From NCBI GenBank assembly GCA_030704615.1, contig CM060731.1:22878001-22942000 (forward strand): DNA of 64,000 bases, given 5' to 3'. The stretch comes from Takakia lepidozioides (taxonomy: Eukaryota; Plantae; Bryophyta). Below are positions 21,538 through 40,456 of the stretch, piece after piece. Positions within the stretch are counted from its first letter, which is position 1. Each line of letters begins with the position of its first letter. A program made the translations under genes and the position numbers. The notes below the pieces were generated by a model. It searched no databases. It worked only from the letters and a program-made list of their open reading frames with translations, and was not told the origin of the DNA.

Positions 21538-23850
21538 TTACTTGGATGTCTGGGCTTTGATCAACCATTTAAGAACTTCAGATTTCTGTTTACCGTATAG
21601 GCATCTACATATATGCATGGCCCGCTTCTGTGCATCACCAACTACCACTCTACTTGCACCCTGCTCCTCAAATCTCTTCAGCCAATATGCAGCAAAGAAT
21701 AAAGACATTGCATCACCAGGTGCAGCAGCTGTCATGGCCTCAATTAATGCCTCTGGCGGTGGCAAATTGATGGCATTATCCCCAAGTCGTTCAATGTTGA
21801 GGTAGCCGAGCCAATAAGTGACAAAAAATGAAGCTCGAATCAGCTGCCTTTCATACAGATAAAGACCTTTTAACTTCAGTACATGCTCAAGTCTGAGCGC
21901 AAGTTTAGCCATTTTGAAAGACTCCACTTGCCCAGGTGTAACAGCTTCTTTCCATCCCCACAATGCTCCGAACCGCTTGCTAACCTGATTCAAGGGAGTT
22001 TTCCATTTCGTTTCTAACTCACATCTTGTACAACTACACGGAAAGTCCCAGCCTTCTTTAGCCAGAAGTTCCTGCCGCATTCGTGCTGGTAGCAAAGTAT
22101 TAACATATGAAAGAGTTACTTCCTCCCCTATTTCCAATCGGCGGGAAGCGTGTAGGAATATAGCATCACCAACATGCAGCCTTACAGAATTTGGAGCACA
22201 AGAATGGTTGATGAAGCATAGTAGTGGCCAAAGCCCTAAAAACTGACCCTCATTCGCATGACGACCTGCCAGTAGCACTTTAGCAGAGGACCCTGATTCA
22301 TCCAAAGCATTTTGCATAATCACTCCCTTCAACCGTGATGTAGTGTCTGGGGAATTGGCCATCTGCTTGCTATTAGGCCTGAATAGCTCCATCGATGGCA
22401 CCTTCGATTTGTTATGGCAGTCACAATCATCAAAACTGGTTAATTGTTGCAGCCATTTTGGCGACTTCAAGGCTAGGTTGGCAAGTTTATGCAGCAAATC
22501 ATCTCTTATGGATGGATTTGTACGTCCTGAAGGGGTTACAATTCTCCTTGCTTGGTTGCTCCCATCAATGCGAACCACTGCCAGTGGATTACTCACCAAC
22601 AGGAGTTCACCCACTTCTACATCCTTGTTAACAAAAAGTCCTCGCCTGCCCTGGATTTCAGACCACCTAATTTCCACGGGTCCTACATAGTCACTGCACT
22701 CTGGTGGGGAGCCTTCACATCCACTGAGTAGATATTTGGACAGCTCATAATCTCCAGTCTGGCTTTGCAGGTCACAGATTTTACTCCTTTGGAGTGCGAG
22801 CTGTATGTCCTTGTCCTGAGGGGCATGGTCCAGGGCTCCTTTGAAGCAAGCACAAGCTTGCTCATACTGTTGTAGAGCATGCAAGGAACTACCTTTGCGG
22901 TACAAGCTTTTAAGATGGCTAGGATCCAGCGCAAGTGCTTCATCTGCATCGGATACAGCTTTCTCATAATGGTGCATCTTCATCCAGGCCGCTGCTCTGT
23001 TAGAGTAGGCCAGCATTATTGTTTCTGGATTGATAGGTTCACAGGCCACTCTCCCATTGCTGGAGACGCCGTTGTCACTAGAAACCTTCTTTTTAGATTT
23101 CGAGGGTGCTTTTCGTCGGCCAGTATCCATTGATTTCTGAATGCATCTAGAGTAGAGCTCTATGGCTCCCGCCCAATCTTGCTTGGAGAAGAGACAATTT
23201 CCTTCTATGCGCAGATCACCAGCATTCAAATTTGCCCATGGCTTGATTTCAGACGCATGTTTCGGGGCATCTGATAGAATTACGAGCTCATCCGCACTCT
23301 CTACATAAAGGACAACTGATTCATCCGGTAGCTCTAGCAAGAAGGGTTCCTTGATAGCAATCTTCATGCCCTTGGGGTACTGCGCTTGCACCTCTGCCCA
23401 CGAGCCCGGGCCTTTCGAGCTGACATCGTCTATCAAAATTCGTGCAGCCATTCCGTCTTCGTCTTCTATTATTGTCTGAATAAGACTAAGAAAGAAGGCA
23501 TCCACACAGAGAGTACCGTACATGACACGCCCATGGTGGTGCGTCCCCACCTTCAGCTCAAACAGGCGAATGGTGCGTAAGTCGTCAGGAGGGAACGACT
23601 TTTTGCGAGCGGGGCGTGCAGCCAGAGAGGCTGATTTGGTACCTTGCGCTTTCAGAAGCTGCCAGTCTCGCTCCAGCTCCCCAAACAGCTTCAGAAATCT
23701 CATGTGAGCTTCCTTCAAAGCTAATTTTTCCATCAGGCAGGAGGCCTTCACTACCGGTTTATCCATCGCTGGAAGGTGAGGATCCATCCCATGCAGCTGC
23801 AATGCTCCCAGCTGCATCAGTATTTCTCTGCCAATGTCAGTTTTCTTCAT
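21538..23850 (-). CDS. Intronless TPR + SET-domain protein (ATXR1/SDG35-related putative lysine methyltransferase)
   Basis: Single ORF of about 770 aa. TPR motifs (LAYSNRAAAWMKM..KSLYRKG), SET-N GRRGLFVNKDVEVGELL, SET-C FINHSCAPN..GEEVTLSY, post-SET CSCTRC. First ATG at 23850. Confidence 0.88.
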   Translation of the reverse strand: MKKTDIGREILMQLGALQLHGMDPHLPAMDKPVVKASCLMEKLALKEAHMRFLKLFGELERDWQLLKAQGTKSASLAARPARKKSFPPDDLRTIRLFELKVGTHHHGRVMYGTLCVDAFFLSLIQTIIEDEDGMAARILIDDVSSKGPGSWAEVQAQYPKGMKIAIKEPFLLELPDESVVLYVESADELVILSDAPKHASEIKPWANLNAGDLRIEGNCLFSKQDWAGAIELYSRCIQKSMDTGRRKAPSKSKKKVSSDNGVSSNGRVACEPINPETIMLAYSNRAAAWMKMHHYEKAVSDADEALALDPSHLKSLYRKGSSLHALQQYEQACACFKGALDHAPQDKDIQLALQRSKICDLQSQTGDYELSKYLLSGCEGSPPECSDYVGPVEIRWSEIQGRRGLFVNKDVEVGELLLVSNPLAVVRIDGSNQARRIVTPSGRTNPSIRDDLLHKLANLALKSPKWLQQLTSFDDCDCHNKSKVPSMELFRPNSKQMANSPDTTSRLKGVIMQNALDESGSSAKVLLAGRHANEGQFLGLWPLLCFINHSCAPNSVRLHVGDAIFLHASRRLEIGEEVTLSYVNTLLPARMRQELLAKEGWDFPCSCTRCELETKWKTPLNQVSKRFGALWGWKEAVTPGQVESFKMAKLALRLEHVLKLKGLYLYERQLIRASFFVTYWLGYLNIERLGDNAINLPPPEALIEAMTAAAPGDAMSLFFAAYWLKRFEEQGASRVVVGDAQKRAMHICRCLYGKQKSEVLKWLIKAQTSK

Positions 23851-24671
23851 GTTGCCCCCGAAAAGAGTCACTGGCTTCTGCCTGAACTCGCAACTTGCAC
23901 AACAGATCCTGACCTACATCTCTCCAGGGAAGTCTAGCCTAACAACCATTAGAAGCCCATCGTCTACTTCTACTTCCTGTCGTCGCTCTCAGCTGGAGCT
24001 GCATATAAACACTCCCTACGAGCTACACCTCTAGACTACACTGTTCCCCAGCCCTAAGAAACACATCTGGCCAGTCTCCTCGACCAAGCAACAAATCAAG
24101 ACCGCTTGAAGTGCCGCCCACAAGACTGGACGCAGATCACGCTCGAAACAACTACTCCCCTAGTTGATATCCAGCATGATATCAACGCTGCATTAGTGAA
24201 TTGGTGGGTCAACCCAGCTTGAGATGAATCTTCTGTTACGGAAAGCAGACACTTGAGTGGAATCTGCGGGAATTACACCATAAGGAGCTATTGGTGCAGT
24301 GTTTCCGCACCTCTGGCCCCACCTGATGAGTTCCACTTCACGTGAAGTTTTCTTGTAGCCGGGCCTACAGGATGTTAGGTCACCTACACACTATACACTT
24401 CGCCACAGCCCAACTCGTTCAACAGCTGATTGATGGGATAACACCTACGTAGCAGTCATGCGTGACGACGAAAGCCTTTCACAAACTTCAAGAATCCAGT
24501 GAAAAAGTTGTGACTCTCAAGAATCGATATCCTCACGATGCAAGGTTTACCGAAAAAGGGTTCAAGAATGCTAGCAGCGTGGGTGACGTAATTGGAGACC
24601 CATTCTCTCTGGCGGGCAGCCATCTCTCTTCTCCTGATCCCATCTATACTGCTTTGATACAAGGAGACAAA

Positions 24672-30249
<5,578 letters not shown>

Positions 30250-32546
30250 GCACAAAATGCAGGATGCCCATTGAGCACATGCAGTTGTAGAATTGTGATG
30301 AAGGCTGGTAGGCAGGTGACTAGACAGGTGACTAACACAACTAGCAGAAATAGAAGAAATGTCGTCTGGTAAAGCTCAGAATTTCTGATTAGACTGGCCT
30401 CCCTTCAGAAAACAACCAAAGCATTGAAGGTTTGTGGCTTGCTAACATATGTGGATCAGTTCCTCGCCAGTTGTCTATTTCATTGGTTCGTTTGTGCTGG
30501 ACTCCATTGTCTAATTACCAACAATAAATGTATTCTGGTACTAACATTTTCTGACCACTGATAGTTAATCCATGATCATGTTTACATAGAGAAACGACAC
30601 ACCAGCAGCTATGCTGGCATCCATCGATGTGGCAGAGGCAGAGGCCGAGTGTAGCTCATAGCAGATAGCAGACTCACCAGCCCTTCCAGCGTGACACACT
30701 CTGGCATTCAATCCTGCAGGGTAATTCCATTTAGACTCATTTGGGTAAACAAGCTTTGGGGACATTGTTGCTGTGTACATGAATGTCTGAATGTAATATT
30801 TGAGCCTTAAGCAGAAATTTGCAGTTGTGCCGTTACTGAAGCTTCTTACATGCTTTCTCAGATCGGCAATTCAGCAGTGCTCCATGATCATGCATGATCT
30901 TGCAGACACAAACTGTGGGATGGAACAATGTTCTACGCAGGCTCTTGAAACAAGAGTATCGATATGTCAGACTCTACTTTTGATGAGTTTGTGAGGGTGA
31001 CACAAGATGCTTATGACAATCAAAGAGAAAATTGCCACAAAGAGTTCCATAAACGTCAACCAGTCGTCACCTCAAACGGATTCTGTTCCCCGCACATCTA
31101 TACCATTGACGAATTCATCCGTCAACGGACGTTCTCTGTTCGTCGTAGCTCGTTTCCGTCCCAGTAGTGTGGAAGATGCTTCGGAAAATGCTTACGCGAT
31201 GCTACCGTCGTCCAAGTCCCAGCGTTGGGAATCCCAGAAGGAGAGCCGCCTTCGGGAGCACAACGAGAGACGAGAGGGAATCGCTGCGAATTATAGAGCC
31301 CGTGTCAAGCTTTGACGATCCGAGGGAAGCACAGACTGGAGGAAAGACAATTTCGTAGAATCGTGTGTGTTGTGACTTAAAGGAAACAGCCCCCTCTGCC
31401 AGCCGTTTCAGGGAAGAGAGAATTCCTCCGAGGTTTGTTATCTGATCTCAAATAGAACCTAACTTGATCCGGAAGTCTCACCCTCGCTGCCCTCTTTGTT
31501 ACCAGCAGGCACGGGATAAAAAAATTCTAAGTAAATGATTATCTGCTAAAATCAGTTGCTGTTATCTTCAATCTACTGTAATCTCTAACATGCGAGGGTT
31601 CACCTGGTGGCCTTGGGCTTCTCAATCCACAACGTCACAAACACGGCATCAATGAAAGCCTGTGTGAAAACCAGATCAGTCCCTATTTTCAAAAAGCAAA
31701 TGCACTTACGGGAAGGTCACAATTTTTCGATAGCTTGTGACGCCAGAAAGGCCCTAGCAGCAATGTACTAGGAGATTTTGGTACGTCGTGTTGTCTGAAC
31801 AAATGACCGTAAATGATGAATGAGGATTAAGATAACAACCTTATCCCTCGGCAGTAAGAAGTGGACTTATCTCTGCAATACTATAACCCTACCGATTGTT
31901 ATTGAAGTCATTGATGTCAGCTGCCAAATGATTACAAGCCCTAAATCTTTTTTCTTTTATGAATTTGAAAAATTGTCAGTAGTGTATATTGACTAGCGGG
32001 CGAATTTAACGTCCATGTCGAACACCGCTGCAGGGTCTCTTAGGTCGTGTCAGGCAGCCACACACAATCGATCTCTTCAGCCACTTTTTTTTTACTGGGA
32101 TGTGAACGACTGCAAGAGTGGAAGTTGTGGAATGAGCATTGCACACTTGTTATAGGAAGCACTGCAAACCTGGGGTGAGTCTATACATCATCATGTCCAC
32201 TTTTCAAGGTTTTTGACAGTCTTGAGTTTCCAGGATTTTAGCCAAAGCCCCAGAAACCGATTGGGTAGATGCTGAATGAGGCAACCTGCTTCATGCATTC
32301 TGTAGTCAAGCTAATAAGAATTGCTTTCTTAGGGTTGAGAGATATGCTTACTGTTGGTAGGAAACCTGATTAAGTCTATCTCCTGTCACCACAGCTCAAG
32401 AGACAATGACGATGTTCAACTCAGGGAATTTTGAAGTTATCATGTGTTATTCCTCACTTTTCAAGGCATGCATTGGTCGTGATATTTCTTGCTCGTAAGA
32501 GGCCATATAAGATGACTTTTAATAGCTTCTACGTCCCGATATCCCA

Positions 32547-35500
32547 ATGATGGCAAGTTCCGCTTTTTCTAATTCACGAAACACTTTTCGAGACTCGCCC
32601 CAGCCTGTTGTTGATACTTATGATGATCTTTATGAAGGCTACAATGATTATGACCACCAACTCCATGTTTATGGCGATTCTCAACCGCAGGTACTAAAGG
32701 GCCACCTTTTCAAGAAGTGGTGTAGTTGATGATTAGACAGTTGCTGTGATACAATATTCCTTCAAGCATGCACAAGGGTACTGGAAAGCCCATCCTTCAT
32801 TGTATACTTGTCCATTAGTGCTCCTGAAGGTTCTGGTGACCCTGCTGCTGCTCAGTCCCCACCCCCCCAACCGTCTGGTTTTTTTATTTCTTGTGGATAC
32901 ATAATATCATCGAATGGGCTGGTGCCCAGTGGTGTATCTGAAGGTTGAAATCCCTGGATTTTCACACAAGTTTTTATCCTACATCAGACAGAGACCAGGA
33001 TGTGCATGACCCAGAGGCGTTTACGTGTCGAAAGCATTTCACGTCATTTTTTCTACTTCATGCAGATTGTAGGTGAGACGTTTGGAAGTAAGGCAGATGC
33101 ATTTGCAGGCTATGAGCGTGTGGTGGGGTACAGTCAAGCTTCATCCCTATCAGAAAATCAGGTCCACATTCAGTCAAGAACTCCATTACTTTTTGCAGAT
33201 ACCTTTGATTTTAAATGGAGTATGCCCCTCAAATGAAGTGACGTTGTGATGATAATAATATAATGTATGGATTTATCAGAAGAGAAAGCTGGGGTGGTGG
33301 GGATACGAAATGCACTGGCAATGGGAAGAGTGGGAGAGAACTCATCAAATGAGGGGTTGAGGATGCTTCAGGGAAACAAATCAGACCCCTTCAATAGGAC
33401 GCCAACACCACAAACTATGGCCTCCTTATGGAGGCCACCCAGCACAGGACGGACCACCCGGGCGCATTCAATCGCATCGGCTGCACCCACTGACTTATCT
33501 CGTCCCATGACTGCTGTCCATGCTGCAGGCTACTCCTCCAGGGTGAGTTGCCCATAGTCACAGAAGGGTCAGCTAAAGTTGCACCAGTGGCTTATCAATA
33601 GATCTTGGATTGACTCTAAAGTATCAGGAATATTGTATACAAAATAGTTGTATCAAGCATAGCTCCTCTCATCATATCTCCTGATAGAAAGTCTGAATTT
33701 TTTATGGAAAAACCACTTTTCCGCGCTCTTGCACATGGCTTTTCATGAATGTGTATGTTGGTGTGGAATGAAAACAGGGGGGAAGATTTGATCCTCTAAA
33801 TCAGGCTGTGCGAGTCACCACACCTGCACAACAGAGGAAAGAGGAGGCCAACCCTGAGTATCAATGTCGCGAAATGGAGCGCAATGTGAACCAACTGCTT
33901 GAAGCAAGTGCGTCTGCAAGTGTCTCTGTAAGAACTTGCTTGGATGTTTCCAAATTAGTTGGATTACACTTAATTCTGTCGCTAAATTGTTGTAGTTCTT
34001 TCAGAAGTTTGTAATGTCCATGTTATCTATTGAGTCAGAGTTTATTAGGATCTCACATTGATATATTGAGTTGCAAGTAAAATGAGTTTGTAATCGCTGG
34101 AGTTAGTCACGATTCAACCTCCTTTGCATCTCCAGAATGATGACCGTATATTCTTGCATGTGTCTTGTGGTCTGCCTGTACTACAGTAACCTAGTTGGGT
34201 TTGTGTCTACCATGTCTATTGAAAAACTATAGGAATTGCTTCATAAGCTGCTCAAACATATTTGTAAATCTCTGAAAGGTACAGGTGGCCTGTGGGTATG
34301 CGCAAACAGGGGGACCATCAAACAGCCCTTGAGAAGGCCAAGGAGGCAGGCAAACGAGAAAGGCTCTTATGCAAGCATCGAGAGCAGGCAGGCCTGGTAT
34401 TGTCCCCCTCTTTTGTTTGAGATAAGCTGTACCTCTCAAGCATTTACACATCATGTCCATTTACTGAAGTCGACTTCTAGTAGGTACCATTGTCGACTTT
34501 GATAATGATTTTGACTTCATGTCATTTGTTGTAGTCTGTTGGAATTGTGTAAGAGAGCAAATCATGAAATACATGTCATGTGCTAGCAAATGTGCGCAGG
34601 GTGATCAAATGAACATGGAGCTCACATTTGCTGTTTGCTTCAACCTGGGTTATCAATATCATGCTAATGGCTTACAGTCTGAAGCATTGAGTACCTACTC
34701 TCAAATTGTGAAGAACAAGCAGGTCTGGTGCTTGCCATTAAGTCTCTCTGGTTTGTGAATCTTCTCATTATTCTTCTTTTCACGCTCAATGTGAAAAGTT
34801 CTAGCAATAATGCAAGACAGGTACTTTTGGCATAAATTGTGCTGTTGTAGAATCATTTTAAGTTGCGAAAAAAGAAAAAAGACAACTGCAAATCAAACAT
34901 GTTTGTTGTGTGAGAGAAATAGTGCAGCAAGGACAGGGCACCCTCAATTCCATGTTGTCATAGGGGGTAAAGGAGCTGTTGCTTCTAGAGTCTTGAGGTT
35001 TTAAGGAGTGCCAGGGTTAGTTATCGCACAGTCGTATTCATGAACTAACCTGGTAAGCATTTACTGCAGTTTTCCCAAGGTGGAAGATTGAGAGTAAACA
35101 TGGGAAACATCTACTACAAGCAGCGGAAGTATCCCATGGCCATCAAGATGTACCGCATGGCATTAGACCAGACCCCTAACACTTACAAAGAGACGCGCTA
35201 TAGAATCCTACGTAACATTGGCAATGCTTTCATGCGTCTTGGTCAATACCAGGTTCTCTCTCTCTCTCTCTCTCCCCCTTTGTGTCTTTTGTGTTTCGCT
35301 CAAACTGTGCGCGGGGTCAATGGCCACAAGGCTACAGCAAACGTCTTACGAGTACATTCTCTCCTTTCTTTCTCTAATGGTACTTAGGGCGGGAAGTCTA
35401 CAAGATGCAGAGAGGAAACGGAGATTGTCAATGTGGGCCTCCTGAGACAATATCCATCTGTTCACCAGCCTTCAAAATCTCAAGGCTGTAAAGCCCTGGC

Positions 35501-38500
35501 CCTGTTGGGTCCAATTGCTGGGCATTTCACACACAGCAGATTGATGCTTGTGTGAAGGGATTTCTAGCGGAAATCTGGAAAGCCTAAACCAGTAGTTTAT
35601 AGTTTATACCAAGGTAAGTCCCACTACTGGAGTGAACCCCTGTTGACCACAGGGCTACAGCAAACATCTCGTGAGTACATTCTAATGGTATCTTGTGGTT
35701 CTACCCATAGACCGTCAGTCCTTGTGGGTGCTAATAAGTTTCTTTTTCTTCTTTCTTCTTTCTGGCAGTGCCCTTGAGACCACCATGGCTACCCCTAAGG
35801 GTGGGCTGAGACTGGAATTCAGAGCCCATTTTCATGGCTACAAGAAATGAGTAGTAAGGGGCAGCACTAAGGGTAGCAGTTGAGTCGAGGTTTCCAAACA
35901 TTGCTGAGTGTGTTCCTTGGAACCAGGCCCAACCTATTAGACCAAGGTCACAAATTTCAGTGGTTGGGTGTGAACCGCCCATTTACCCTCGTGGCTACAG
36001 TAGATTACTGCTCTTAGTTTTGCTGAAGCAAGACTAACTTAGTACTAACTTCTCAAATAGGGCTAGGGAAAACTAGGGAAAGCTTACTAAAGATCTGCAG
36101 TCTCTGCACACTGACTTTGGGGAATGTTGAAGCATGGGACTGAGTGCGTTGGTGAACCTAGAAAATGCTAAGGATTTGGTTGACAGTTGTTTTCTTGTAC
36201 TTCTCTTGGCTCTTGACAGTTTTTATGGTTGAACGTATGCAGGATTCTGTGTTATCGTATGAGGCGATCATGGAGATTAAGATTGACCATCAAACTTGCT
36301 ACAATTTGATAGTTTGTTACTACGTACTAGGCAATACAGAGAAAATGAAGAGCTGCTTTACGAAAATGCTGCTAGTGAGGCACTATGATTCCGACTCAGA
36401 TGATGATACAGATGGGGAGAACTCCATGCTTCGGGTTTGTAGTTCTACTACCCTATTTACATTGCTGTAACCCTTCAAATGAAAAACCTGGAAAGTTGAA
36501 GGGTGGATTTTAAAACAGCTGCATGGGAAGGTCAACCAACTTAGGCTCAACTTGTCATCAACCAGGGTAGTTGAACATACTTTTGCTCATAAATTGCACA
36601 TTCTAAGTGTTACTTAATGTTCTCTATGGAGTAAGATTTGCAATCAAAATGGTCCTAGAGTTGCCAAGGGTGCCAAAGCATAACTCCCATGTCTCATAGA
36701 TTCTTTTTCTGAAGAGCTGAGGGAGAGAAGAAGAAATTTATTACAGAAAGGGGGAGATTAAAAGAGAGAAGTTTTCTAAATGCACCTAAAGCCGAAAGAG
36801 CTTATGAGATGGAAAAATTGAAGGGTCTGCTATGTTACATCCAGAATGATGGACTAAGGGAGGAGCTCCAGGAAAAACAAAACGTAGCTCTCAAGTACAT
36901 TTTGACTGCTGCACGGCTCATTGCCCCTGTGCTTGGAAATACATTCGTGGAAGGTTACAACTGGGTTGTGGAGATGCTGAAAGACCAACAGTATGTTGCT
37001 TTGGCAAATGAGATGGAGATGGACAAAGCCATTCAACACCTCCATAGACGGGACTTTGGGCAGGTACTGTCCTTTGTGGGGAAGAGGGAGAGGGAGCAGG
37101 ATCCCCCTTATGAACAGAATAATGTTTGAGAGTTTGTGACCGGAATGTAGTTGCATTATATGTGATAAAGGCCTCATAGATGTCAGACCAGAAGACTACA
37201 GCTAAGCATGATGTATGTGTAAATTTATGTGTTCACACATTTTCTGGTGAAAGCGTTCTGCTGCCTGTCATAACTAGCTTTGTTGGGAAGTTTTTTGGTA
37301 GGGAGCACTGAACATTTGTTGCCATGAATCATTCAGGCAATTACACTACTGAAGGAATTTGAACGAAAAGAGAAGGACCTGAAGGCTCGTGCAGCAACAA
37401 ACTTATCATTTTTGTACTTTTTGGAGGGAGACCTGTCAAATGCTGAGAAGCATGCAGAGCTGGCTGTGCAAACCAACCGTTACAATGCACAAGCCCTTGT
37501 AAACCAAGGGAATTGCATGTACACCAGGGTACTTTCAATTGGATCTGCCTCCAACTGTTAGTCTTTGTTCGTGGTGCATGTAGTCAGGGTAGATAAGACA
37601 TCTCAGGAGATTACCACCTGATTACTTACCCTCTTGCCACTTTCTTTCCTTTGCTGCAATGCTGTGCCAGTTAATTGGTCTCAGAGGATAACACTACCTT
37701 TTCCAGATTTTCAGTGAACTGATCATCTATGATGGATTGTGTACAGGGGGATGTGGAGGGAGCAAAAGCAGTGTTCATTGAGGCGGCAGAAGTAGAAGCA
37801 GAGTGTGTGGAAGCCATATACAACCTTGCTCTGTCACACAAAAGGGTTGGCTCACTCGCAGAGGCACTAGCCACCTTCAAGAAACTGAGCAGCTTCCTTC
37901 CCAACAACATTGAGGTTTTGTTTCAGGTCTTTAATCAAACCTCCTCTTGCTCTTTTGGTTAATCATACTGTGCTTGTTTGGAACAGGGATAATTAAGCAG
38001 GAACTGTGCTTACTTGGTAGCTACAGAGTTTCCCCCAAAACAGAAAGAACAACTGACCCTCATGTGTAGCTCTTCTTTTTGTCCCTCTCTGCAAAATCAG
38101 ATGCATTCCAGCAGGTCTTCCAAACTGACACTTCATGAATTGCAGAATGTGCGACTTTTTCTTCCCTCTTGGAGTCTCAAATGATTTTCAAGTATGTTGG
38201 ATTGGAACAGGGATAATTGAGCAGGAACTTTCTATGATGGTAGCTTTCGGCGTCCCCCTCAAACAAAAGAACAATTTACCCTCATGCTGAACTCACATGC
38301 CCCAAAAGTACATGGATTCCAGTGGGTCTTCCAAAAATCTGATGCTTTTTCTTTCCTCTTAATTCTCAAGTTTGTTGGTCTTACCAGATTGGACATGTTT
38401 ATGAGTTGATGGGGAATAACCGGCAAGGCATCAAATGGCTGGAGATTGTGAATACACGTGTGATGCACGATGCTGGGGTGTTGGCAATGCTGGGGGGTCT

Positions 38501-39598
38501 CCATGCCAAGTGTGATGATGAGCCTCAGGCACTCCACTACTACAGTGAGTCACACCGCGCATATCCAGCTAATATGGATATCACTTCATGGTTGGGGGCA
38601 TTCTACGTCAATAATGAGGTCTACGAGAAGGCAATGCCCTTCTTTAATCTCGCTTCCAAGCTGCAGCCAAGTGAGGTGGAGCATTCAAACCTTTTCCTCG
38701 TGATCTTATTGAACTTGAGTCAAGTAGATACAGTGCTCAAGAGGGTCTTGATGTATTCTGTAACTTCCTTGATGGTAAAAAACTTTTGGATTGGTATACC
38801 TGCCTGATAATGTTTGTTCATCTCTTTCAATTGTAATCCTGTCATTTTTACAGCCCGCAAGTGAGGAGAGTTTTCCGTAGCTATGTGAGTGCATTACCTG
38901 TTTTACAAAGTTGTGTTTCCTTTCTTGCTTCAAGTCTTGTTCTGCTTCCATGGTGCAGTGTTTTCATGCAAGGTGAGCTCCTGTGTGACCCTCAGAAGAC
39001 TCTCAAGAAGTGTTTCTTCATGTAAGATGTAGCATTGAGTTTGTCATATTGAAATCTGAGTTTTGTACCCCCACCATCATGTGATGATTGTGAGCAGGTG
39101 AAGTGGCAGTTGATGGTGGCATCATGCCACCGGCGCACTGGCGCGTACCCAATGGCCCTGGCCAAATACAAAGAGATTTTGTCCAAGCATCCAGAAAATA
39201 TTGAGTGCTTGCGCTATCTAGTGCACATGTGCACAAGCCTTGGTAGGAAAGACGAAGTCCACCACTATGAAACTCGGCTCCGCAAAACTGAGATGGCAGG
39301 GTTGGCTGACTCCCAGTCCCGAAAACAGAAGGTGGAGCTTATCAAGGGGTCGTTAGAGTCTCAAGGTAACGCATGGAATCAGAAAGGAACCACTGGAGAG
39401 GCCAAAGACTTTTCACCTGAATCCATGGACTTGTCAGGGTCATTGTACACATCTGGAGTTCTAGGCTCAAACTCAATTTCTATGTCCCCCTCCTCTCCCC
39501 TTCCACAAAGAACACCTTTGCGAACTGTGACTCAGAAAAAGGAGAGGTTGGACGAAGAGGAGTGGCCAGAGCTTGGGGATGACCTCTTACCCATGTAG
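32547..39598 (+). CDS. IFT88: Intraflagellar transport protein 88 (TPR protein), multi-exon
   Basis: Motifs DDLYEGYND, RPMTAVHAAGYSS, ALEKAKEAGKRER, GRLRVNMGNIYY..AIKMYRMALDQ, AATNLSFLYFLE, YNAQALVNQGN, EAIYNLAL, WLGAFYV..YEKA, VKWQLMVASCHRRTGAY, PENIECLRYLV, and C-terminal LGDDLLP. Confidence 0.95.
35254..35685 (+). mobile_element. Two 5'-truncated copies of the same non-LTR element in an IFT88 intron
   Basis: A (TC)n tract directly after the splice donor at 35253, then CGCTCAAACTG..GGGGTCAATGGCCACAAGGCTAC..GAGTACATTCTCTC (to ~35362). A longer, decayed copy spans ~35410-35685. Confidence 0.82.
37978..38345 (+). repeat. Degenerate direct duplication (~225-bp period) in an IFT88 intron
   Basis: TTGGAACAGGGATAATT(A/G)AGCAGGAACT...AAAGAACAA..ACCCTCATG...TTCCAG..GGTCTTCCAAA occurs at ~37978 and ~38202. 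Confidence 0.65.
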
Positions 39599-40456
39599 CT
39601 CGTTTCCTTGTAGCTCAATTTGATCTTATCTAGCAAAATCATGACAACTTCTTATACTTGAGTGAGTCAATAAAGGAATGGTTTTCAAGTTAGCTGGGCT
39701 TCACACCGACAACCCATGACCTTTTCCTTGCTTACAATGGGAAGGCAAGACGTTTACATCCTGCCTAATATGTCGCGCGGATCCTGAGCCTGGGGCTTTC
39801 GTCCATAGAGAAAGCCAAGACGGAGATGCAAGACCTCAAAACCACAATCTCTCCATGACAAAAGATTCAACAATGTCATCTGCGAAATTCGGCTCCGTTC
39901 AAGTATCTTCTTCACTCCAATTCAGAAACTTTTGAAGCAACAAGGGTGAGACTGCACTCCTGGTGTTTGTATGCAAACTGACAAGAAAGATAAACCCTAA
40001 TCCACCCTAACGAGGAAAAGAGAGATTGCTACTTTTCATCCATCCAATTCCCTGTTGAGGGGCCCTTATGTCGGGGACAGACGAGGAGGGAAAGAGAAAG
40101 AGAAGGTCGAGAGTTGTGAAGAAAGGGAAGGATTCGGGAAGTGAGAGGTGCAGTGCATGGCTGTGATGGAAGCTCTCTAACTTAGTGTGGACGCGGGCAT
40201 CCGTAATTGCTGAGAACGCTTCGTCTGCTTCTTTGATGCGAGAGTCATCCGTGTATTCCAGATTTACGATCCCTGGTTTCGCACCAGATCCTGCTTTTGC
40301 GGTTTGTTGCGCGCGAGATCGTGGTCCCTGGGGTCTTTGCCCTTATTCCTTGGTATCAATCGTGCTTCTGTGCATCTGGCTGGCTGCATGAGCGTGAGAG
40401 AAGGTGTGAGAGAAGTGCAAGTTGTTTCGTCACCTTTTGCAGGAGGTCGGCAGAGA

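Noticed and set aside
31007-31358. 102-aa + strand ORF as a gene
   Set aside because: No recognisable family, and the sequence signals point to the opposite strand if anything.
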